From: Rhizodiscina lignyota
Taxonomy: Eukaryota
Reading direction: 5' to 3'
NCBI GenBank assembly: GCA_010015805.1
Contig: ML978131.1
Location: forward strand, 124,001-188,000
DNA: 64,000 nucleotides
Shown here: one piece after another, positions 35,568 through 47,807 of the stretch
How the letters are laid out: each line of letters opens with the position of its first letter
Numbering within the stretch: position 1 is the first letter of the stretch
Program-made: the position numbers and the translations under genes
Notes under the pieces: generated by a model
What the model was told of the DNA's origin: nothing
The model's database searches: none
The model's input: the letters and a program-made list of their open reading frames with translations, nothing else

Positions 35568-36694
35568 TTAGTTTTCATGATTGGAGTCTGATGGTTTGCC
35601 ATGTTGATCGCCTTTGAGATGGTCCTCCATCCAAATCTTCTCCTGATCAGATATCTCAAATCCTTGCCTTTGTATACCCTTTGTCCAGTTCGGGCTGTCA
35701 CCAGTAGTATTGCGCTTTGAGGCCCAGTCCCACACATGGTCAAAATTCTTGCATTCAAACGTCTGCATGTGGGAGAGGCTATAAGCATAGTGCTCCTCTG
35801 ACCATTCAAACGTTTGCGGTGTTATATCACCACTGCACATTAGGCCCACGCGAATATGCTCCAGGCAATGATCTTTCAGCAATCAGTAGAGGCAATCGAA
35901 AGCGGTAGGGCGCAAGTCAAACCTAAGTGAAATTCCCACCAGCTCAAAGGACCGTCATTTTGCCAGTTAAGATCAACAGGGCGCCAGATCTGCTCCCTCA
36001 GCATCGACTGCAAGTGGTCAATTAATCTCTTTCGGGTGCAAAGAGAAAATGAAACGTACCAGACAGTGTAATTCATGAAAGACGTTTAACTCTGTCATAT
36101 ATTTCCCTGGATTGCGAATATCTTTCGCACTCGAATGAACCATTCGAGCGTGTTCCTCGGGCGAGATGCTCACCATGCCAACTTCAATTGCTCTATCAAC
36201 ACTCATTGTTCTGGCAGATAGGTACTTGGGTACATACCACTGAGTAGTTTATCCCAAGCGCCATCGGATATGTTTGAAGGGCGTCCCATGAAATCTGATG
36301 GGGAATTCACCCCGTCATACTCCAATCTCCCAGTTGTGAGGTGGAGATCATCGTATATATCTGAAAACATCAGGATCGAAACATATATAGAAGCAATGGG
36401 GTTGATACTCGGCCAAGCAGGTCCATCAGCCTTGTCGTCACTCTCCCATTTGATGCCAATGCCCATCCATACTGCCCCAAAGATAGAGAGCTCGAAAGAT
36501 ATTAGGAGGAAATGAAGGATCCATGGCAAATACTGCAAGACGCGCCTCTGCTTGCCATTCCATCGAACGATATTTTTGGTGAACTTCTCTTGCTGAGCAT
36601 GATCTTCGAAGTCGGGGTCTGATAAAAGCGTAACGGATGTCTCTTCCTGTTCTATCCCATGGGTGTCGTTGGGTACTGGGTGATACTCCGCCAT
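35568..36694 (-). CDS. DUF3328/UstYa-like oxidase #5 (canonical type); ~5 exons
   Basis: TM helix, FMGRPSNISDGAWDKL, LNVFHELHCL|SMLREQIW, FHL|DHCLEHIRVGLMCSGDITP, FECKNFDHVWDWA. Confidence 0.9.
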
Positions 36695-37284
36695 ATCGCA
36701 ACGCTTGAAAATTGTACAGGTGAGTCGTACGGAGTGACTGTGGTACGGTTGTAATGAGGAGCCTCGCTCGAGGGTGTCTTACAGCCCTAAATGTCAGCGG
36801 CAAACTCCGACTTGGATCGGCAACATGATTCTCGAAAAGAGAAACCATATTAATCAGAGTTAAGGAGTAGTAGCTTATGGGACATGGGTGGTTCGTAGCA
36901 TATCTCGCGTCATCCCTGAAGCCAGCCGGAAATGGTAGGGCTACTTTAGTGCTGACATGATTGAAATAAAGCTCTGGGCTAATACAGGGATTCGTTAACG
37001 GACTCTACGGGCGGCTTCCTTAACCTAGTGCCCGTGAATCATTCAGCTTGAATCCAGCTCGACAGTTGTCAGTCCGGCTGGCCAGGCTTCCCCACTCACG
37101 TGTCGCATTAGAGAACTCGCATCGTCCTGGATATCGCTCTGACTCTCGCGGTCCGGATGGTTCCACGCTCATTGTATATTCCAATACCAGATGAGGTACA
37201 AGATGAAGATGAAGGAGCAGAGATCGAAACTGAAACGAATGAGTATGGCTCTTCTTGGAAGATGTTGTAACCTGTTCTGTACTG

Positions 37285-38482
37285 ATGATGTACAGCGCCA
37301 CTTCCTCAAGTCTACCAACCTCGAATCCTTCACCGTCTTTTAACTGGACTTTGCTGTCGTGGCTTGGTTTACTCGCTCTTATAGTGGTGGCTATTTTTCT
37401 ACTCAAAAGTCACACCGGCAAGTCTGTCTCGCACAGTGGGTCCAGTGAACTGCTTCGCCAATGCAGCAATGCCACTCTTCGAAGAGAATGGAGAAGCCTT
37501 TCGACAGCGGAAAAGCTAGACTACGTTGAAGCCGTCCAGTGCTTATACAAGAAGCCCTCTCCAATGAGGCCAAATACCACAATATACGAAGATTTCGCTT
37601 GGACGCATAATCGCCACGCCAACGAAAGTAAGAATCAATGAAGGAGTGTGGAGTAACATGTTGAGCTAACGCCACACTGAAGCCCATCAAACGGCAGCCT
37701 TGTTACCGTGGCACAGATACTATATTTCGATCTACGAAAAGGCATTACAGCATTACTGCGGGTATAAGGGAACTTTGGTGTAAGGCCCCCCCCTTGCTGC
37801 AGAGAAACATTTTACTGACGGCTTCGAAGATACTGGAACTGGGCACTCGACTGGGAAGAGCCCGCCAATTCTCCAATCTTCGATCCCGACACGGGCTTGG
37901 GAGGGGATGGCATTGCTGGCGGTGCTGTGACACCTTCGTTCGGACATTGCCTGCATGACGGGCCCTTTGCACATTTCAGAGCACTATACGTGAACTCAAG
38001 ATATGCTCCTCATTGTCTCGCTCGAGGATTTGGGGATGCAAATCAACAGGGCCGATTCTCGGGATCCCCGTACAGACCGCAAGCCATGAAAGAGATACTG
38101 GCAGCTGAAACTTATGAAGCATTCTTGGAGCGGCTGCTTTCGGCACATCGCGCGGTTCACAACGGGGTCGGCGGAGATTTCCAAAGTAACACGGCGCCAT
38201 ACGGTAGATTCCGACAGTTTATCACCCTTTGGTCGTTGCTGATTCGCTGTTATAACAGATCCGTTGTTCTTCCTGCATCATACCCAAGTCGACCGTCTAT
38301 GGTGGATATGGCAACATAAGAAGGCGGATTCGAGGTTGACAGATTACAGCGGAAATGTTGATATATCCAGTAATGAGTCGGCCTCTCTTGACGATCCACT
38401 GCGCATGGATCCCATGGCGGCCACAGTAATGGTTTCTACTGTAATGAGCACAGAGACAGATCTTCTTTGTTACTCGTATTAA
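37285..38482 (+). CDS. Tyrosinase (di-copper centre) with N-terminal TM anchor, UstQ/PhomQ-like; 4 exons
   Basis: LRREWRSLSTAEKLDYVEAVQCL; CuA region H..H..LLPWHRYYI; YWNW; CuB region HRAVHNGVGG..APY|DPLFFLHHTQVDRLW; ends LCYSY. Confidence 0.9.
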
Positions 38483-38516
38483 TAAGCTGGAGTAATACTC
38501 CCAATGGTACGATCGA

Positions 38517-38733
38517 GGAATTCCAACACAACACCTAGATGTTGGGAACGATAGAGAACCAAAATTCTATTAAACTGTATCAGACAAACCTGTCAGAGGA
38601 AGTCGCTTGGTGTTCGTTGAGCTATTGCTGGGGCGGAGACCAAGTATTCAAACTTACCAAGGCTCGAATGGATGACTACTTCCGGCAGATAGCCCTCCAC
38701 GACCTTCCTGCTACGCTGCGTGATGCTGTTCGT
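38517..38733 (+). pseudogene. HET-domain (heterokaryon incompatibility) gene fragment
   Basis: IPTQHLDVG (resembling LPTRLLDV) is in one frame and IKLYQT..WCSLSYCWGGDQ..LPATLRDAV in another, implying a frameshift. No downstream WIDxLCI motif and no intact start. Confidence 0.65.
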
Positions 38734-39335
38734 ATGAAGGAACCCTCGAATACTCGAGCATAGTGCTTTCAAGAACGTATGCTTTCGCGACGCGTGCTCG
38801 ATTACGGAACCACACAACTGCGACTTATTTGCCGAAGCAAAAGCTCTTCGCCATGAAGGTCAACACGACACGTTCTCCACTGATCCAGGCTTGGACGATA
38901 GGGGAGGCTGTGCCAAAGCGAAAAAGCTTTCAGAGAATTATGGCAAGAAGTCGCTACTCTCACATCAAAACTTCAAAAGTAAAGTTGTTGCAGGGAAATC
39001 CGCTTCAGGTTTAGGTGGTCGTCCCATTACGGTTTAGCTCATTTTTCTGAGAGCTGTTTTAGCATGTGTTAAAATTTGTCACAATTGTGACGTTGCGCGC
39101 ATGTCAAGCAAAGCCTTCGGTCCGCCAAGAGCCCCCCTAATGGCTGCTGACCGTTACTGCACAGGCCGATCAGCATAACTCTCCGGCTGGGCGACCTCGC
39201 AAGGTTTACCAGGAACAGCCGTCGCTCCACTACCTACAGTTTCTCCCTTCGCTCATAACCTCTTCTTCTTCTCATGCATCCCCGTTAATCATTGAACTTG
39301 TTAACGTCGGACCGCGTGCAGCACTTGGCAACATC

Positions 39336-41038
39336 ATGGCAGACCCTCCTATGATAAAAAGAACACGAGCACGCGTGCCAAGAGTGCGGACTGGATGCAT
39401 CACCTGCAAGTGCGTTTCTTACATTTGTGTCAAGCCTTGAGGAAACTGACAGGGACCCAAAGGATACGACATCTCAAGTGCGACGAAGAGAAGCCATCCT
39501 GTCGACAATGCATCTCCGCTGGCTTCAAGTGTGATGGCTACAAGCCTCCCCAACCAACCAAGCCTCGAGAGACCGCAGCGACGAGCACTTCGGTCGATGT
39601 TGTAGCACCGCTGGCAGCCCAGAAGAGACTGTTGCCAAATCCTGGTTGCTACGAGCTCAAGCTGTACCAGCGCTACGTAGCTCCGAAGCTCTCCAGTTAC
39701 TCTGACGCTGGTTTTTGGAACGTTCTTATTCCGCAAATGTCACAGACAGAGCCTGCAATACGACACGTGGTGGTTGCGATCTGTGCTGTGCACAGGGATA
39801 TTGAGTCTATTCGCAGCTACTCTCGACTGAGCGTCCTCCGGCCTAACCCTCTGGCCATGAAAGAGGCCAGCCAGGCCATGCAAAGCCTCTCGCAGAGGAT
39901 CAACTCGGATCCCAGTTCAAGCCTTGTTCCCCTAGTCGCCTGTCTGCTCTTTACGTGCCTAGAGCTTCTCTGTGGCAACTTCGAAACTGCAATCGTCCAC
40001 GTGGCGAATGGCTTTAGGATCCTCAACGGTCTCAGTTCTGCTGAGCTTGCCGGAAGGTCACATCAACAGATCGCAGAAACGAACACGATTGAGAAGGAGG
40101 TCGCACCGGTATTCCAGCACCTGAGCGTGCTTTGCCTGCTGTTCGGGCAGACGCATGCATTCGATACTGCCGGCCATGTTGCAACAACAGAATTCGCTAC
40201 GTTCACATCGTTGGGAAACGCCCGACTTAATCTGTTCGAGCTGTTCAGCCAAGTCTTCCGCTTCATCAAAGTTGCCAGTAATAAGGCTGATAAGGGGAGC
40301 ATTGACGTGACAGATCTCATTGAAAAGGTTAAATTTGAGCGGCGGCTGCAGCACTGGTACAGCTGTATGGAGCAGTATGTAGAAACTGCAGCCAAATCAG
40401 GCCGCCATGTCGACGAGAATGCGGTGAATATCTTGCGCATGCACCACCGTACCATACTTGTTTGGCTCTCAGTGTGCCTCTCCGTAGACGGAGCTGACCT
40501 CGATCTTCACACATCCAACTTTGAAGAAATTGTCCGCCTCTGCGAGAGCATCGCGCGTAATTCACCCGGTTCAACAACCACCTCGCCGCCCCAAACACCA
40601 GGACATAATAAATTCTCATTTGGCATGGGTATGATACCATCACTCTACTGGGTTGCAAGGGAGTGTCGCGATTCCACAATCCGTAAAAGGGCGTTGGACC
40701 TGCTCCTAAAAGCGCCACTCCGCGAAAGTCTTTGGGATGCGCACGTTTTTTCCAAGATTGCCGAGCGCGCCAAGGCTATAGAGGAGTCTCAAAAGCACAG
40801 TCAGAAAACGCTCTCTCCGGAAGACTGCTTGCGAGGAGGTCTCTCATTGACGTCAGATCATAAAATTCGTCCTGAGCTACCTGTACACAACTTCAAACGT
40901 GTCCGGACTTACAGGATCCACAACACTCTCATTTCGAACAACTGGTCTGCCGATCAAAGATCAAGAGTCACGTTTCGTGCGAAGCCATGGGGACCACTCG
41001 GCGCATGGCACATATGGGATGATTTTGTCTATCTATGA
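39336..41038 (+). CDS. Zn(II)2Cys6 transcription factor; one intron ~39410-39461
   Basis: RVRTGCITCK|IRHLKCDEEKPSCRQCISAGFKCDGY, plus fungal TF middle region FWNVLIPQMSQTEPAIRH..ACLLFTCLE. Confidence 0.88.
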
Positions 41039-42459
41039 CAGTGACACGCTCGTCACCATCTACAGCTAAGCTTGAGATGTGGAGCTTCCGGCTCGATGCC
41101 GTTCGTGGGTCCCTCGGCTATGCCGTACTACGATCATATACGTTAAAAGCTCTATCAAGAGTGCCTTGAGTGGCAGTCATCCGGATAGAGTCTCAGTCCT
41201 CGGATCGTATCAGTATGCTGTATCTGTAGTCAGGCCGTCAGAGTGGACGTGCTTTCATCGCAGTCCACTCCAGGTCTTGCTCATTCATCTCATGTTCCAT
41301 TGGTACAAGACAATAAAGTCACCAACGGCTTGAATGATAGCAATAAGGTGAAGTATCGTAAATGGAGGCTGTGAGGGCAGCGAGATGAGGCTGTCAAGTT
41401 ATCTTTCGAGGATGCGAGAGTTCGAGGGAGACTGAAGCCACGAGGGATCGGGCCTCTAAAGTGAGAAAGGCAAAGCAACTGTCCACAAATCATCTGTACT
41501 AGCAATTAATATGCTATGGAGGTAAGATGGGTAGGCCGAGCAGAAAGATCAACAGCAATGAGTAATCAAACGAAGCGATATCGATTGTGCGGTGCCTTGA
41601 GACGTTCAAGTACAAGCACTCGCGACGATATGACCTATTGAATGACAAGGTGCGATAGTAGAGCTTGTAAACTCTGACGCATACAATCGATCCGGGTGGA
41701 AGCAGGACCCCAACCAATATATGCGTAGATATGAGCCCCAATGACCAAAGTGATCAAAGCTCTATCGTGACTTTAACGTCAGGAGCTGTTGGACGGGCCC
41801 TCATTCATCTGTTCTGCTGCAGAATCTAGGAAGGATCCAATAAGCAATAAACATATTCCTTGCCACTGTCTACGCGTCACGACATGTTTACCGTTTCGTT
41901 TGTGGTCTCTACTTCTAGCCGGCTCTCCCGTAATTGCGTATGATTGGAGGTATGTCGCGCTCGTTGATTGGCTGCACCGTAACTTCAAGCGACGCACAGT
42001 TCTTGGCGGCTGTACGATTTCGTATACTTCTTTCATGCCACATAATAAAGCAGTTCTGTGCTTGAATGGGTCGGGTGCAAACTACGAGCTACCCAATCTC
42101 CACGCTCCGAGCGGCGTGATCATTGGCCGGCCTGCGGCGCATGGTGGGCAACGACACAACACCAGTGGTGGTGAGTGGAGGCTAAGCACAGTGTTCGAGG
42201 GCTGTGACCTCACATCCAAATCTCAGTATCCTCATTCGAATCTAGTTCGGACCGAATCACCCCTGGTAAGGGATGATCACTCTTCATATAAACCCTCCCA
42301 ACCTTTCCTTTACTACTTGCACATCGCCCCCTTCCCATCCTCAACAGCATCATTTCAGTAGCTCGAGCAATCCAACACGTCCAGATATTTACAGAAGCCT
42401 CTATCGCCTCAAGATTGGCAACTTAAACTATCCTTTCCATCTAATTCCAGTCAAGCTTC

Positions 42460-44334
42460 ATGAAGAGATGGAGTACAATCGCCTTCCCCACCACTGTCAT
42501 CCTACTAGAGTTCGCGACAGTGGCTGCTGCCCACGGCGATGAGAGCGGGAACAAAACCACAGCGGCGATGAGCAATTCATCTGACGAGCCTCATCTTCCA
42601 CCCAAAAGCTATATGCGTCACCCCGAGCACGTCACGCTCATTCTGGCGCACATTGCATTGATGACCGTCGGATGGGTGTTTGCTCTGCCTGTCGGTAAGC
42701 CTGAAATCGTCCGGAAGTTCCACGAATGTTTCGTAGGCTAATTAAGCTGCCCTGTCAGCTGTTGTCTTCAGCGTGGCCCGCTCGCGCCTCACCATGGCAA
42801 CGCAGCTGGTGTTCCTTTCGATAAATGCGCTTGGGGTGCTGATAGGTATCATCTATAACCAATCGACCCCCAGTTTATATGAGCATGGGAAGCACGGTAC
42901 AGTTGGATATATCATAACCCTGCTTGTATCTACTTGGTTGTTTCTCGGCCTCGCTGATACCTATACCCGCCGCAATTTGCATAAGCGACGCCTCACCGGG
43001 ACTGACTCTTCATTGCAGGATGAAGCGTCAGGTTGGCAGTCAGAGAATTTGATAGCGGATATCACCACAGAATACAACCAAGACTACAACGAAAACGACT
43101 GTGGCGACGATGAGAAGCATGGGTTCTTACGCGGCACAATCGTGGACCGCTTCCTCAGGAGCAACTTTGCGCGATTCGGGCGCACCATTCGTGCAATCCG
43201 CCTCTTCCATCTGGTGCTCGAACGTGCCGCGCTGGTACTTGGATTTCTAGGTATCACCACTGGCGCCGTTATCTACACTGGCATGTTTGTAGGTCAAGGC
43301 CTTGCCCACAGATGGTTTCGCGTTTTATGGCTAACCCAAGTGCAAGCACGGCCACAACATCTTCAACGGCTTAGCACATTTCATCAAGGGCGGCATCTTC
43401 TTCTGGTATGGCTTTTTGACATTTGCGAGATGGATGGGGTGCTTCGCCGATATGGGCTGGGCGTGGAACCGCAAGCCGTCGCGCAATCTGGTCGGCAAAG
43501 TCGCGTCCATGCCATCAGCTGAGTTTGTTGAGTCGGCGGTGATTTGTTTCTATGGTGCATCAAATGTCTTCATGGAGCATCTTGCAAACCCAGGCGGTAA
43601 ATGGGCTGCGATTGATTTGGAGCACTTATCGATTACGCTCATGTTCTTCGGCGGTGGATTGGTGAGTTTGCTCTGCTTTGCTCTGCGTTGCCCGCTTGCC
43701 CGCTTGCTTTTCCTTTCGAGGTTCAACACATATGTAGATTGGATGCTAGCTGATCACAGTGCGCTTTCTACAGTTAGGTATGATTATCGAGTCTACCTAT
43801 GTCCGCGATCTGCTCATGTCCAATATTACAATCATCAAGGCCGACTCTGCCTTGACTGGTGAGGGCGCTTCTTTCTCGCAACCCAAGCAATACGCCTTCT
43901 CAATGAATCCCATGCCGGCGCTCATCATATATCTCCTCGGGCGGATGATGGGCTCGCACCACCAAGCTAGCATGGTGAGCACTATGATTCACACACAGTG
44001 GGGAAACCTGTTCTCCGGTTTCGCGCTGGCACGGATGGCCACATACGCTCTTCTCTATGTCCAACCGCCGGTAGGCCACCTCCCACAGCGTCCGCCTACG
44101 GAGGTGCTAAGTAGCTTTTGTCTCGTCGCGGGTGGTATGCTGTTCATGATGAGCAACAGGGATACCGTGAATGGGCTTGAGTGGAACGAGCTAGATGCCA
44201 TGTTCACCTTCAACGTCGCCATGGGTCTGGCAGCCTTCCTGATGGCTTGGAGCACTGTGGTTATGGCGCTGAAGGGCCAGGCACAACTGAGAGTGGCGAA
44301 AGAACGGGAAAACCGAGTTGCTGCTGCGTCGTAG
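42460..44334 (+). CDS. YTP1-like (DUF2427) integral membrane protein; ~4 exons
   Basis: Signal + AHG, AHIALMTVGWVFALP, IFNGLAHFIKGGIFFWYG.LTF.RW.G.FAD.GWAWN, SAEFVES, DLEHLSIT.MFFGGGL, MNPMPAL..MMGSHHQ.SMVSTMIH.QWG. Confidence 0.85.
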
Positions 44335-44874
44335 GGAGAATATGGGCAAGCACGTCGAGTCAAAGTTCCTTTCCTGTAATCTCCCATATGCCTAGCTAAG
44401 TTAGGACTAGTCGGATTCGCGCAATGACTCAGCACAATTTTTACGCCCGGTTCAACTCCGCTCAGTCTCGCTCAATCTTGCTCAAGTTTACTTAGAATCA
44501 GGCTCATCAGTCTTCTCAGTCTTGCCTTAAGTCCCAGTTCTAGAATCCTCTATGCTTGTATGTCGCCTCTAACGGAATATTGTCAAGTCTACGCGCCCAT
44601 CTTAGGGTTCCCGAAACTGGACCCCCAATAATGGATGAGTCCTTACATTATATCTCAGGCTCTCTCGAGCTACGCTTGTCTTCTTTTGTGACAGCATGGT
44701 GTTGAACTCGGTCTTATCATAGTCCTCTTCTCCCGTACACTCGTTTGCAGTTGCTCCTTCTCTGAATCACCTTCTACAGCAACAGCGGCCTGTTGATGCT
44801 AACTTGAGTTCTCTCATAATGTCTGCATAGGATCATTTTATACCATGGACTACAGATATAGAACACGCTCGATG

Positions 44875-45192
44875 TTAAGCCTTCCGCTCCATTTGCGCGA
44901 GGAGTTTTGGCCGCTTTTCGTCCCATTCGTCCTGGATAATCGAAACCATGGCAGTGTACCTCCCCGGTAGCTCTCCTTTGGTGCCATTCCTCTTTTCGAG
45001 TGCTTCCCGAGGGAGTGCAACCTTGCCTTCCGGAAATATGCGCTGCCACCTTGCGATGCGTTCGAACTCGAATCCCATCCGTAGCGTGGTGCGCCTAGAG
45101 GCCACGTTGTCCGCGTGAGTACGTCGTTCGACTCGCCGCAATCCCAGACCGCCAGCCGAGGGCGGGTCAATCGTCTAGAGAAGTAGGAGCCT
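44875..45192 (-). pseudogene. GNAT (RimL-like) acetyltransferase C-terminal fragment
   Basis: LLLL*TIDPPSAGGLGLRRVE.RTHADNVASRR...MGFEFE.IARWQR. In-frame TAG at 45175-45177 where Trp is expected; no recognisable N-terminal half. Confidence 0.65.
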
Positions 45193-45914
45193 TGGAGCCC
45201 CGACTCGAGAGCAGTACTGCGGGCGAGGATACACAGGCCAAGCTCACACTTTTTCCGGCCTGGGCGGAACAAGGGTGATTGGCGGTCCCCGCAGCTTGGC
45301 GAAACTGCGGGGACATCCCCACAATGTCACTACCCTCCGCGTTCTGCGACTCGTGCGTTCCATTAGAGCCTGGAAGCGTGGGATGGCGTTTCCACTGAGG
45401 TCACGAAAAGCGTCGTCACGTGTGAGCACCACCGTAGCCAACTGTAAAGGGTGAAGCTGTCACCAAGCGAAGAGCAAATTCCGTTGCGATCCCAAGAGGC
45501 TCTAGCAAATGAAGTATGATAATTGTTGCATTCGGCGATGAGGCCGTGTAAGCGATGCCCAGCTAAGGTCCAAGAGCGCCCCCTGGTTGTTGGCAAAACG
45601 GTGGTATGGCTTCTGTCGCGTGCCAATGCTGGGCTCAAAACGATGACCCTGCAAGCTACTTTATGCGGTCAGACAATCAGAGTAAAGGCAATTTAGACCT
45701 GGCTGTTCCCCGCAATGCATCTCCCTACAACCCTACATCTGCGGGGCCAGAACCGCAGAAAGTCTAGTTGGACGGGCGATATATCATCCCACAGCAATGG
45801 GCTGCTCTGAACCGGTTCCGCGACGTTAAGCTCTTCCCATTTAACATCATCGGCGTCGCCTCTCGTCTGAATCTACGCTCGTGAATTCCCTCGACCCGTA
45901 TTTCGCACAACACA

Positions 45915-47807
45915 ATGGCAGGCGACGCCGTCATCCATGATCATGATATCATTGGGGGTGAGAAGGCTGAAGTGGAGTACCTGGAGGACAGCGGCTCGCC
46001 GTCCAGACAACCACTCCAAATCACGCAACTTACAGAGCACGAGCGTGCAATCGAAAGGAAGTTGCGCATCAAGATGGATTGCTTGATAATGCCAATAGTC
46101 GTTCTGGTTTATCTGATGAACTATATTGATAGGTACGTGGTCGGATCGTGTGTGCTCAATCGAGACTGAAGAATTGAGCTGACCACTGCAGGAATAACTA
46201 TGCTGGTACACGTCAACGTTTCCTTTTCAATTGAGCCTCGAACAGCAAGGACTGACGAACGCATTAGCTGCGAAGCTGCAGGGTCTGGTTGAAGATCTTC
46301 ATCTATCGGCTGAACAGTACCAAGTCGGCTTGTCCATTCTTTTTGTAGCCTATGTAAGTCTCGAGTTCAATGGGACTATTGGAACCTCATTCACAGCCAC
46401 TAGGTGTTGATGCAAGTCCCTTCCAACCTGATGTTGAACTATTGTGGCAGACCGTCATGGTATATCGGCTTCTTCGTGATCGCTTGGGGTCTTGTTTCCG
46501 CCGTCACAAGCCAGGTCAAGGACTATGGAGGCATCGTGGCTTGTCGGTTCATCCTGGGGCTCGTTGGTGGGTCACTCGTCGATATTACGATTACGATCAT
46601 GAAAAAGACTGAAAACTTGCGATAGAGGCACCTTTCTTCCCTGGCATCCTTTTCTACCTTTCGAAGTGGTATACCAAGGAAGAACTCTCGTTCCGCATGG
46701 CCGTCTTCTATTCTGGATCTCTAATCAGTGGTGCCTTTGGCAATCTGTCAGTATACAACAGAGCACGCATCTGGCGACATGAGCTAATGCGTACTGCAGC
46801 ATTGCCGCTGGAATCTTAAGAGGACTTAACGGCACTCGCGGAATGGACCCGTGGCAGTGGCTTTATATTATTGAAGGGTCTCTAACTGTCTTTATCGGGC
46901 TCATCATCGTCTTTGTAATGCCGGACTTCCCTGATACATGGCGCCGGCTCTCTGCTGAGGAGAAGCACGTTGCTAATCGCCGCCTTGCGATTGATGCGGC
47001 TGAGGCTGACGTCGATCTTCCTGGCGGTATGTCACAGTGGACCGGATGCAAGCTTTGTTTTAAGGATCCGAACACGTATATCCTCGCTATTGCCTATCAC
47101 GCTATCGTCGGCGGGTCTGGTTTCCAAAACTTCTTCCCATCATTGACCGCAACGCTTGGCTACGACTATATCATCTCCCTCCTACTTGTGGCGCCGCCTT
47201 ATGTGTTCCTGGTCATATATTCTTATGTACACTCTCTCCTACCTTCTTCTTTATGATATTATTGTTGGACTAACTTCTGTAGGGAAATTCGTGGTTGTCT
47301 GATAAGCTCCAGAACCGCTTCTGGTTCTTTGTTTACCCGATTCCTATTACTATCATTGGATTCGTCGTGTTTATGTTCACTGATGATTTCGGTCCGAAAT
47401 ATTTCTCGCTATTTCTTATGAACTTGATCTTCGCGCAAAATGGCATTTTTTATGCGTGGATTGCGAATGCTATACCTCGACCTCCAGCAAAGCGCGCTGC
47501 TGCTATGGCATTCATTAACTCTATTGGCAACTGTGCTAGTATCTGGACGCCGTTCACGTATATTAATCCGCCTCACTACAGGCCGGCTCTAGGCATTTGC
47601 ATCGGCCTGCAGGTGGTTGCATTTGTCTGCGCTATCATCATAAGGATAACTATGCAGCGTAAAAACAAGCATTTGGCGGCGCTGCAGAACGAGGATGTGG
47701 CATTAAGCGAGAAGGACCTTACGAAATTGAGGAAGACTGCTGAAATGGAAGGCATCGACATCGCTACTGCAAGGAGGCAAGCAAAAGACTACAGATACGT
47801 GATTTAG
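45915..47807 (+). CDS. MFS transporter, allantoate permease/ACS (Dal5/Tna1-like) family; multi-exon
   Basis: ERKLRIKMDCLIMPIVVLVYLMNYIDR|NNY, QVPSNLML, RFILGLV|EAPFFPG, WQWLYIIEG..PDFP, AWIANAIPRPPAKRAAA. Confidence 0.9.

Noticed and set aside
41789..42361. 190-codon ORF upstream of the YTP1-like gene
   Set aside because: Non-ATG start, no recognisable motifs, and it overlaps the likely promoter/TATA of the downstream gene.
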